Source of the DNA: an uncultured Cytophagia bacterium
Lineage (GTDB): Bacteria > Zhuqueibacterota > Zhuqueibacteria > Thermofontimicrobiales > Thiofontviventaceae
Direction of reading: 5' to 3'
Assembly (NCBI GenBank): GCA_964498785.1
Contig: CAZCJL010000030.1
Span: 1 to 60,958, forward strand
DNA length: 60,958 nt
Below, in pieces: positions 9,892 to 18,700 of this stretch. Every line of letters begins with the position of its first letter. Position 1 is the stretch's first letter. The translations under genes were made by a program, and so were the position numbers. The notes under the pieces are model-generated. The model did not search any database. It was not told the origin of the DNA and was given only the letters and a program-made list of their open reading frames with translations.

Positions 9892-10079
9892 TCATTCAGG
9901 GTGCATAATGCTCCTTTCTACCATCTAAAATAGTGTACTTTGCTCACAGACATACAAAATGGATTGAGTGCACATTGGAGCTATGCTTTTATAAATTATC
10001 AAATTAATTCATGCAATATTTAACTGGCATCACTTTTGCGTTTGTGATCCACCTACTAATCATAATTATAATTTAATTT

Positions 10080-10529
10080 ATGAAACCTGTAAAAATCGAT
10101 CCGCCTTATTATCTGTATCTTTTTATTGGAATAATGGTCCTGCTTCATTTCGTTATTCCAGTCACGCATTTTATTCATTTCCCCCTGAATCTTTTCGGAC
10201 TGATTGTGTTAATACCAGGGATTGCTTTAAATTTATCCGCCGATAAAGCATTCAGAGTAAATAACACAACTGTAAAACCAATTTTGGAAACAAATAAACT
10301 GATTACCACCGGTATTTTTCACTTAACCAGAAATCCGATGTATTTAGGATTTGTATTGATTCTTTTGGGAATCGGAATATTAATGGGCACATTGACTCCA
10401 TTTTTAGCAGTGATTGTTTTCGCGTTTTTTATGGACGTTGTTTTTATTCGATATGAAGAACAAAAGCTGGAAAAAGCGTTTCAGGAAAAATGGGTGGCTT
10501 ACACGAAAAAAGTTCGACGATGGATATAA
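10080..10529 (+). CDS. Membrane methyltransferase of the isoprenylcysteine carboxyl methyltransferase / phospholipid methyltransferase family.
   Basis: Four to five transmembrane segments and the family motif ITTGIFHLTRNPMYLGFVLILLGIG (H..TrnPmYlG) followed by an EE..L...F region. Confidence 0.65.
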   Translation: MKPVKIDPPYYLYLFIGIMVLLHFVIPVTHFIHFPLNLFGLIVLIPGIALNLSADKAFRVNNTTVKPILETNKLITTGIFHLTRNPMYLGFVLILLGIGILMGTLTPFLAVIVFAFFMDVVFIRYEEQKLEKAFQEKWVAYTKKVRRWI

Positions 10530-10587
10530 ATTGAACATTTATACATCTTCAAATTATATCCCAAATCATTAAATCAGGAGAATTCGG

Positions 10588-10761
10588 ATGACTGATGAAA
10601 AAAAGAAAGATAATAAGAATGCCGAGACCGTGACAATTATCGGCCCGATCTGGTTCATTGGCTGGCTATTTACAATTGGATTTGCGAAACTTACATTCTG
10701 GAAAGCTGTTTTCTCATTAATCGTCTGGCCATATTATTTAGGTAGCGCATTGTCGCTCTGA
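10588..10761 (+). CDS. Small 57-aa membrane protein (two predicted transmembrane helices), absent from the ORF track.
   Basis: Shine-Dalgarno AATCAGGAGAAT 7 nt upstream of the ATG. MTDEKKKDNKNAETVTIIGPIWFIGWLFTIGFAKLTFWKAVFSLIVWPYYLGSALSL. It fills the gap between the methyltransferase and the cytochrome. Confidence 0.45.
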   Translation: MTDEKKKDNKNAETVTIIGPIWFIGWLFTIGFAKLTFWKAVFSLIVWPYYLGSALSL

Positions 10762-10812
10762 TCAATACTCATAAATCAAGATGAAACCTGAAATTCTAAA
10801 AGGAGGTATTGG

Positions 10813-11865
10813 ATGAAAATACTGGTAAAATCACTTACAGGAGCAGGATTAATTTTATTGTTGACAGGTATTATTTTTGCAATTCCATTGAACCAGGCGA
10901 TATGTCAGGAGTCTTTCTTTCATAAAAGTCTTCATTATACAACCGAAGGCATGCGTTTCTGGTATGAAGAAGAAGGCGGATTCAAAAACGTTACCGGAAT
11001 CCCGTATTCTGAATTAGATTGTCAAACCTGCCATACGGCAACATGCGATGTGTGCCATGCAGAAAAACAGGGCGAGAAATTCTCATTTTCGACTGCAAAG
11101 GCGCAACAATCAGAGACATGCCTGACATGCCACAGCCGGGAAGCGGCGACTTTCCGATTCGGTAAAAACATGGGGATGTTAGATGTTCACATTGCGAACG
11201 ACATGGTTTGCACAGATTGCCACAAAGCAGAAGATGTTCACGGGGACGGTACATTTCATCGCTCCATGCGTGACACAAATGCAGTGAAAACCGCGTGTAC
11301 CGATTGTCACGAGCCGGATACTGAACTACGCGCACATACTGTGCACAAAGGCAAACTAAATTGTAACGCCTGTCACGTGAAATATACAACAACCTGTATG
11401 AATTGCCATTTCGATAATTTTTTAGCATCTGGTTCCAGAAAGGGAAATTTCCAGGCGTTGCCGGCAAATGTCTTTCTCGTAAACTACAACGGCAAAGTAA
11501 CAACGGCAAATATGCAAACACTGGTGTACAAGGATGAAAAATTTATCGTTTATGCACCTTACTACACACATTCAGTGCAGGCTAATGCCCGGACCTGTGA
11601 TGAATGCCATGGCACCGATTTAGTGAAGAAAATTAAAAATGGTGAAAAAGTCGCGGCAATGGAATATCAAGACGGGAAGTTTGTTCCTCATAACGTTGCG
11701 GTTCCGGTTGTTCCCGACCAGCTCACATGGCCTTTTCTAACAAAAGAAGGTGAAAATTGGGTCGTTCTGAACAATGATAAAAAAGTGCATGTCCAAATGG
11801 CATGTTATGGAACAGCACTGACAGAACAACAGATTAAAAAATTAGCAATGCCATTTAAGAAGTGA
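10813..11865 (+). CDS. Membrane-anchored octaheme c-type cytochrome (8 CXXCH motifs).
   Basis: Shine-Dalgarno AAAGGAGG. N-terminal transmembrane helix. CQTCH, CDVCH, CLTCH, CTDCH, CTDCH, CNACH, CMNCH, CDECH. Confidence 0.85.
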   Translation: MKILVKSLTGAGLILLLTGIIFAIPLNQAICQESFFHKSLHYTTEGMRFWYEEEGGFKNVTGIPYSELDCQTCHTATCDVCHAEKQGEKFSFSTAKAQQSETCLTCHSREAATFRFGKNMGMLDVHIANDMVCTDCHKAEDVHGDGTFHRSMRDTNAVKTACTDCHEPDTELRAHTVHKGKLNCNACHVKYTTTCMNCHFDNFLASGSRKGNFQALPANVFLVNYNGKVTTANMQTLVYKDEKFIVYAPYYTHSVQANARTCDECHGTDLVKKIKNGEKVAAMEYQDGKFVPHNVAVPVVPDQLTWPFLTKEGENWVVLNNDKKVHVQMACYGTALTEQQIKKLAMPFKK

Positions 11866-12165
11866 AAGACAACATTAATGAAATTAGATTTTGTATAAAT
11901 CTACTTTCAATATGAATCAAAAATTTTGTTACATCCTCCTATTTAATTATTTTAATGCTTTAACCTCTTTTTATTCCACACGAATGGGGCATCGGTTTGT
12001 TATTTTCGGCAAGCCGGTGCTCCATTTTATTTTGATTGATTTTAACCCCATCCAAATTCAGACATATTAAAAAATTATTATTTTCTGCTTGTAATTTTCA
12101 ATAATTTTTTTTTCTTTAGCTATCAGACAATATCAATTATTTTTCATATAAAAAGGAGTATATAC

Positions 12166-13191
12166 ATGTCAAAAAAAATAGTGACTTTTGGTGAAATCAT
12201 GTTGCGCCTGGCTCCGTTCAATTACGAGCGAATCGTTCAGGCAGTGAATTTTCAGGCAACCTACGGCGGCGGCGAAGCGAATGTAGCAGTTTCACTGGCG
12301 CATTTTGGCGAGGATGTCTATTTTGTCACCAGGCTTCCCAAAAATCTGATCGGCGAGGCAGCGGAAAACCGTTTACGCGGATTTGGCGTTCATACAAATT
12401 ACATCCAGCGCGGCGGAGAGCGACTCGGCATCTACTTTCTGGAGCATGGCGCGTCCATCCGACCCTCGAAAGTGGTGTATGATCGTGCGCATTCAGCTAT
12501 CGCTCAAGTCACTATCAATACTTTTGATTGGGATGAAATTTTCAGAGGCAAAGACTGGTTCCATATTACCGGAATTACGCCGGCGCTGTCCCCCAACGCA
12601 GCAGAAGTTAGTCTGGAAGCTGTGGCAGCAGCCAAACGAAATGGCCTCAAAGTAAGCTGCGATCTCAACTACCGTAAAAAGCTCTGGACAAAGGCGGAAG
12701 CCAAAGCTACTATGACCAAACTGGTGGAATTCGTGGATGTAGTAATTGCGAACGAAGAGGACGCGGCAGATGTGTTTGGTATTGAAGCGGAAACCACTGA
12801 TGTGACCAGCGGCACGCTGGATATCGAAAAATATAAATCTGTAGCAAATCAACTGCAAAAATTATGTGATGCTGAGCTCGTCGCAATTACACTGCGGGAA
12901 AGCATTTCAGCGTCCGACAACAACTGGTCTGCAATGTTGTACGATGGATCTGAGTTTCTGGTGAGCCGAAAATATCATATCCACCTGATCGACCGTGTCG
13001 GCGGCGGAGATTCCTTTGGCGCCGGTTTGATTCATGGGCTTGTAAACGGCTGGGAAAAGCGAGATGCCCTGGAATTTGCCGTGGCAGCTTCCGGTATGAA
13101 ACAGACGATCCCCGGCGATATGAATCTGGTGAAAGAAGACGAAGTACTGGCAATCGCGAAAGGCGACACTTCCGGCCGCGTTCAAAGATAG
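12166..13191 (+). CDS. kdgK: 2-dehydro-3-deoxygluconokinase (PfkB family sugar kinase).
   Basis: Full-length similarity to KdgK sequences of the Thermotoga type: FGEIMLRL N-terminus, TYGGGEANVAVSLA, SCDLNYR.KLW, and the PfkB C-terminal signature DRVGGGDSFGAGLIHG. Shine-Dalgarno AAAAGGAG. Confidence 0.8.
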   Translation: MSKKIVTFGEIMLRLAPFNYERIVQAVNFQATYGGGEANVAVSLAHFGEDVYFVTRLPKNLIGEAAENRLRGFGVHTNYIQRGGERLGIYFLEHGASIRPSKVVYDRAHSAIAQVTINTFDWDEIFRGKDWFHITGITPALSPNAAEVSLEAVAAAKRNGLKVSCDLNYRKKLWTKAEAKATMTKLVEFVDVVIANEEDAADVFGIEAETTDVTSGTLDIEKYKSVANQLQKLCDAELVAITLRESISASDNNWSAMLYDGSEFLVSRKYHIHLIDRVGGGDSFGAGLIHGLVNGWEKRDALEFAVAASGMKQTIPGDMNLVKEDEVLAIAKGDTSGRVQR

Positions 13192-13198
13192 TCCATTG

Positions 13199-13231
13199 AA
13201 ACCTCTCTCAATCTTCCTTTGAGAGAGGTTC
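13199..13231. terminator. Bidirectional hairpin terminator between convergent genes.
   Basis: aacctctctca-atcttccttt-gagagaggtt, a perfect 10-11 bp stem, directly after the kdgK stop and abutting the stop of the minus-strand ORF 13232..13438. Confidence 0.55.
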
Positions 13232-13438
13232 TCACACCAAATCAAGTTCATTCAGAATCGCAATCGCTCCGTCCCCGGACATACGGATCGTCATCACATC
13301 TGAGTTTATTTCACAGTACGATTTCATTTTAAAGATTAAAATATATTGCAACCTCCGGATGCTGTACTCCTCAATCGTAATCCAATCAGGCGGCTTTTCA
13401 TAAACGAGTTTGGCGATGAATTCTGTTTTGGGGGGCAC
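13232..13438 (-). CDS. Hypothetical 68-aa protein (uncertain).
   Basis: ORF with a Shine-Dalgarno-like GAAGGA upstream, convergent with kdgK and sharing the hairpin terminator. No recognisable family. Confidence 0.3.
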   Translation of the reverse strand: MPPKTEFIAKLVYEKPPDWITIEEYSIRRLQYILIFKMKSYCEINSDVMTIRMSGDGAIAILNELDLV

Positions 13439-13803
13439 AATTATTGTCCTTCTTGAGATATTTATTCTATTTAAGGAGAATTCGATCTAAGCAATTATCT
13501 AACTACACGATTATTTTTAGCCACCATTCAACACGGACTAAAATGATTAGTTCGTAAAATTGGAGTACAATGCCTTTATGCATTGTACTTTGATGCGCAT
13601 AAACAGGGTATCCATGAACTCAGAAAAAGGTCATTCTTTTATATGACAAATTTATTAAATTTGGTGGTTCCTGGGGCTGTATTAAAAGTCCAGGATTTGT
13701 ATTTTGCGAAATTATGGGGTATAGCGATCCCATCGCTTGGAGCGATGGGATCGCTGGTCTATTAAAAAATCTTGCTTAAGAAAGATTAACTTTTGATACA
13801 GCC

Positions 13804-13935
13804 CCACGAACTACCCTTGCGAAGGTTTTTCAAAACGGGACAAGCTGTATATTGATACATATTCATGAATTATTCATATAGTGTGTTGTAGCGAAACCTT
13901 CTCAAGGGTTTTCCCGACGATATCAAAGTTCCTGG
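13804..13935. repeat. Copy A of a palindromic MITE/REP-like element family. Terminal inverted repeats CTACCCTTGCGAAGGTTT ... AAACCTTCTCAAGGGTT enclose an AT-rich core.
   Basis: About 94 percent identical to the reverse complement of 25420..25563. Shares termini and core with copy C (39186..39290) and the minimal copy D (47229..47266). The spurious ORFs 13881..14069 and 25285..25515 share CCSETFSRVFPTISKFL because they translate this repeat. Confidence 0.8.
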
Positions 13936-14139
13936 GCAGCCTCTTAAGAAAATTCACTCCCTTTTTAAGGAATAAAGTTCATTCTATTGAAACGCGTTTC
14001 TTATATCGACATCAGGCTATTCATGCTTTGTGTTGTCTTTTTACCATTCCCTCTTTTCAATTAATATAACCTTTCCCCCTTGACATTTCAACAAAAAACT
14101 ATTATAATTAATTCAACGAATGAAAATAAAGGATAATTT

Positions 14140-15117
14140 ATGAAATATCGAAATTTTGGCAAAACCGGCATACTGGTTTCGGAAATCGGATTTGGCGCGT
14201 GGGCAATTGGCGGTAGCTGGGGTCATCAGGATGATCGCGACTCGGTGAAGGCGTTGCACAAAGCCATCGATCTGGGTATGAATTTCATCGACACTGCCGC
14301 GGGGTACGGCGATGGCAGAAGTGAAAAAATCATCGCGCAGGTGTTGAAAGAGCGTAGTGATAAAAAAATCTATGTCTGCACCAAAACGCCGCCGTCACCG
14401 GGCGAATGGCCGCCATCTCCTTATGACAGTGCGGAAGCCCGGTATTCTGAATCATATCTCCGCAAAAATGTGGAGCAACGGCTCAAAAATCTGAATACTG
14501 ACTGTCTGGATGTCCTGTTACTTCACACCTGGACCCGGGCGTGGAACCATGATCCTGCGCCGCTGGAAATTCTAAAAATGTTAAAAGATGAGGGTAAAAT
14601 CCGCAATATCGGGATATCCACGCCGGAGCACGATCAGAACTGCGTTATCGATTTGATGCGCCGGGATTACCTGGATGCGGTGCAGGTCATTTACAATATT
14701 TTTGAACAGGAACCGGCCGCTGAATTGCTGCCTGTCGCCCTGAAAAAGCAGGTCGGTATCATCGTGCGGGTGGCGTTTGATGAAGGCGTTTTGACCGGAA
14801 AATACCCGGCAGACAGTGCGTTCCCGGAAGGTGATTTTCGTCAAAACTATTTTGCAGGGGACCGGCTGGAACGAGCCGTAAATCGCGCGAAAAAGATTGA
14901 ACAAGACATTGCAGATACCTGTTTATCGCTGCCAGAGGTCGCGTTGAAATTTGCCAAGTCTCATGACGCCGTAAGCACAGTAATTCCGGGCATCCGAAAT
15001 GTGCAGCAGGCAGAGGCGAATATCGCTGTCTCCGATCTGCCGGAACTTTCTGACGATCTAATAAATCGCCTGCACAAACATCATTGGCGCCGGGCGTTCT
15101 GGTATGCAGGGAAATAA
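14140..15117 (+). CDS. Aldo/keto reductase family oxidoreductase.
   Basis: MKYRNFGKTGILVSEIGFGAWAIGG...GMNFIDTAAGYGDGRSEKII and later conserved aldo-keto reductase blocks. Confidence 0.8.
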   Translation: MKYRNFGKTGILVSEIGFGAWAIGGSWGHQDDRDSVKALHKAIDLGMNFIDTAAGYGDGRSEKIIAQVLKERSDKKIYVCTKTPPSPGEWPPSPYDSAEARYSESYLRKNVEQRLKNLNTDCLDVLLLHTWTRAWNHDPAPLEILKMLKDEGKIRNIGISTPEHDQNCVIDLMRRDYLDAVQVIYNIFEQEPAAELLPVALKKQVGIIVRVAFDEGVLTGKYPADSAFPEGDFRQNYFAGDRLERAVNRAKKIEQDIADTCLSLPEVALKFAKSHDAVSTVIPGIRNVQQAEANIAVSDLPELSDDLINRLHKHHWRRAFWYAGK

Positions 15118-15120
15118 TAA

Positions 15121-15759
15121 CTATTTTTGCCCGATGAATTGAAAACCAACGGCGTCATGTCCGTTCATGGTCGTTAAATGAATTTCTTCAAAATGGATTT
15201 GCTGAAAGCGGGACGTCAGTTCGGTAATCCAGTTACGGTCATGATGCCGCAGCACAGCGCCTTCCGGCAATTTAAAGACGCCGTATTTTTGGTAAACATC
15301 TTTGATCTTAGCATAGCGCCGAATATTTCGCGCATCACGCTGGAGCAACAGATCGCTGATATAAATGAAAGCGCCCGGTTTTAATAACTGGTAAATTTCA
15401 TCAATGATTTTTTGCTGACCATCATCTGTGGGGACGCATGTGAGAACGGCAAATAAAATGACCAGATCGAAGGAAGTGCGTTTCTTAAATCGGAATTGAA
15501 CAAGCAGGTTCAGATGAGGATACATTCGCAATCCCCGTTTTATCATGCTTTCTGCCGGATCAATGCCAATCACATTGGAATAGCCGTGTTCCCGCAACGC
15601 GGCGCAGGTTCGGCCATAACCGCAGCCATAATCCAGAATCGCTGCATCTGTCGAGATGCATCTTTCCAATAAATCAATTTGCAGCGGATGGCTGAAATTT
15701 TTCTGTTCCGCGACCCGGTTCCAGTATTCCAACTGAACATTCAGCGATTTACTATCCAT
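15121..15759 (-). CDS. Class I SAM-dependent methyltransferase, translationally coupled to the upstream giant gene (8-nt overlap).
   Basis: SAM-binding motif I ILDYGCGYGRTCAALREHGYSNVIGIDPAESMI. Overlaps the stop of 15752..21436. Confidence 0.75.
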   Translation of the reverse strand: MDSKSLNVQLEYWNRVAEQKNFSHPLQIDLLERCISTDAAILDYGCGYGRTCAALREHGYSNVIGIDPAESMIKRGLRMYPHLNLLVQFRFKKRTSFDLVILFAVLTCVPTDDGQQKIIDEIYQLLKPGAFIYISDLLLQRDARNIRRYAKIKDVYQKYGVFKLPEGAVLRHHDRNWITELTSRFQQIHFEEIHLTTMNGHDAVGFQFIGQK

Positions 15760-18700
15760 TCTCCCCGCTCATTCGGGCGATTTTCAGATAATAGTAACGC
15801 AGCAGATCCTGCTCTTTTTTGCCGAGCACCTGTTCCTCAATGCGCAGGATACGCTCCACATCACGCAGCGCGCGCAATACGTCAATGGGGACTTCGCGCA
15901 TTTGGTGCGGGATTTGGGTGAGGTAATTGACCGCGTCGATCAGGAACTGTCGCATGTAATCATCCATAACCCCACGCAACAGACCGGCAATCTGACTGCC
16001 CAACCGATGCACTTCCCCCGGCTCGATGGTGAACGGAATGTCTGGCACGCCTTTTCGATCAGACAACGAATTAATCGCCAGCGCCAGTTCCACAAAACTC
16101 TCCACCTGCTGTTTGATCGGCTGGCGAATGAGTTCCCACATCTCCGCACGAATCGTACTGATTTCTACGGGGACCCGCATCAACTGCCGCATGGTTTCCG
16201 CCCATTGCGGCTCGATTTCCACGGAAATGTCTTTTCTCAAATTATCAAAATCAGTATTGAATAGATCTGGTTGCAGCAGGATCGACACATCCGGGCGGAA
16301 TGCCGGTAATACATCCGGGATAATGCGGTCGCCACTGAAAAATTCGGAAACATTCAATCCCTGTCGTCGCAACAGTTCTTTTTGCATCATCAGAATGAAA
16401 CCGGGAATGGAGTGATTATCTTCTTTTAAAATCAAAAATGCGGAATTTCCTGCCCGGAATGATGGTTCCATTTCCCTGATGTATGGCAGCGAAAGATCGT
16501 GATAAATACGCAGTGTATGCAGAATATCATGCACCGGCAGCAGCGGCAAAATGCGTTCGCTAATCACCATTAGTCCATCACTGTTCGCGAACTGCTTTTC
16601 CGCAAATTCACTGAGGGCACGGAACAGACCGGTAGTCAACTGATTCACACCTAAAATGACAGTCTGCGCCCGGTTATGCCCGATGGCCCGAAACAGGCTG
16701 CCATGTTTCAATAACGGCAGTGTTTGCGCTAATCGTTCAATGATCTGCTGCCCCTGATTCCCCGGGGTTTGTTGTCCCGGACGAACTGTCGGGCGATCGC
16801 GCAGCGTGGGAGTTGCCCTGGAAATAAAATAGGAGATCACATGAATCCCGACGACATCCTCTTCCCTGCCATAAAGAATGTGCTGATAATAGCGCGACAC
16901 CAGTTCGATAAACTCATTGAAAATCTCATCCCGGCGTCCCATGGTCAGCCGTTCCAATTCCTCCCATCCGCGGGACTGAAATCGCAGCCGGGTTTCCTGA
17001 AGTGGTTCATCGGCGCGAGACAGCTCGCCTTCATAGTATTTCTGGGCTTTTCCGACATGATACAGCAACCGTGCCCGTTCGTAAGCGGAAAGATGGCGCA
17101 GTTTTTCTGCAACATTGCTTTGAAACGTCCGGAAATCACCACCGACCAGCACACCGCGCAACGGGCTTTGCGCGAATTCAGTACTGCGGCGAGCGGAATC
17201 TTTTAGCACACCAGCGAGATTTGCCAGCGAATCCCGGGAATACAGCACGGATTTTCCGGCGTTTTCATCATAATAGCCACCCTGTCGCTGCATCGGCTCG
17301 CCGCTGCCCAATTTGATCCGCACCTTGCCAACCAGTCCCCGTTCCGCCAGCCAGCGGATCGACCGGTGTTTTGCCTCGCGGTACAACATTGCGCCAGCGG
17401 GTTGACTCACCTGCTGGCTTAAATCTGAGCCAGCGAAAAATAATTCACACACCATTTCCTCAAAGCGCTCGGCAGAATTCTGGGTCAATCGCTGACTCTG
17501 TCCCGTATATTCCCAGATGCGATCCAGATAGGATTCGAGATTCCGAATGGTTTTGCCGTCTTCGAATAACGGGATCAAACTAACCGCCGGAATAACAGCT
17601 TCCGGATGTTCTCGAGTAATTTCCTCCCACCGTGAGCGCATTTTTCGATCCAGCATAATTAGCGCTTCGGGATCAGTGGACATGCTGACCTGCAGTCCCA
17701 TCACCATTCCCGGTGTGCCGTATTTCCCGGCAATCTCATTGATTTCTACAATATTATGCACCGTGGTATCGATTGCGAATTGGTCCTGCGCCAGAATCAT
17801 TTTTTGATGAATGCGCGGGGTCAACATAAACCGCCGCAACAGGCTTCTGAAAAATCCGGCATGCAGCGCGATATCCGGATGATGCAGGTTGCGCTCGATT
17901 TTCGGCAACAATGCAAATAATGTTTTGCGCAACCGCTTATTCAATGAAAAATAATATTCCAGATTTTCCCGTCGTTGCACGCGCAACCGAAGCATTTTTC
18001 GTTCCAGACTGTCATTGTGCTGCCAAAGTGCAGTCAGCGGATCTCGGGCCAAATGCAGTTTCATTCCCACTCTTCTCAATAATCCAATATGCAAATCGAA
18101 CGGCAACACCCGCTGATAGCGTTTCTCCAATTGATTGGTGAGGTAAGTAATTTCATTCAGCAATTTTCGGAATTGTACAATTCTGTTTTCCAGCGTCTCG
18201 AGATCATTGAATAATTCAGGGTCAAGTTTTATGGATTGATCCACCCGCAGCAATGTTTTTAAGAATTCTGCTTGCAAATGCACGTTTTCCACAACAACCG
18301 CAGCCACCAACCGGTGTCCTTGTCCCGATGGACGAGAGCTGCCATCCCAATCGCCCCAGAAAGAGATCAAAGATTTTAGAGTGACGTCATTATGCCAGTG
18401 CGCCCATTCTTCAGCCTCAATAATCGAGTGTAAATCCAGTACCAGCTCGTCCGCTTCCTCAATAGAATTGATATGCACGTTCATGCCCAGAAATTCATCT
18501 GTTAGCTCATTTGCAAGTGCATGAATCGTTTCCCGTGGAATATCAAGGCCATAGATGAAATTTTCCAGTATTTTGTCAATGATTAAATCGACTTTCAGCG
18601 CGTACATTTGCGTGGGATGGACCGTCCGGTCGAACAATCGTTTTCGAAACGTGACAGATCGTTCTTCAAGGGATTCTTTGTGCAGCTCTTTTTCCAGAAT

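Noticed and set aside
13881-14069. ORFs 13881..14069 (+) and 25285..25515 (-), which share the peptide CCSETFSRVFPTISKFL.
   Set aside because: They are translations of the two copies of the palindromic repeat element (copies A and B), with no ribosome-binding site. The similarity reflects the DNA repeat, not a conserved protein.
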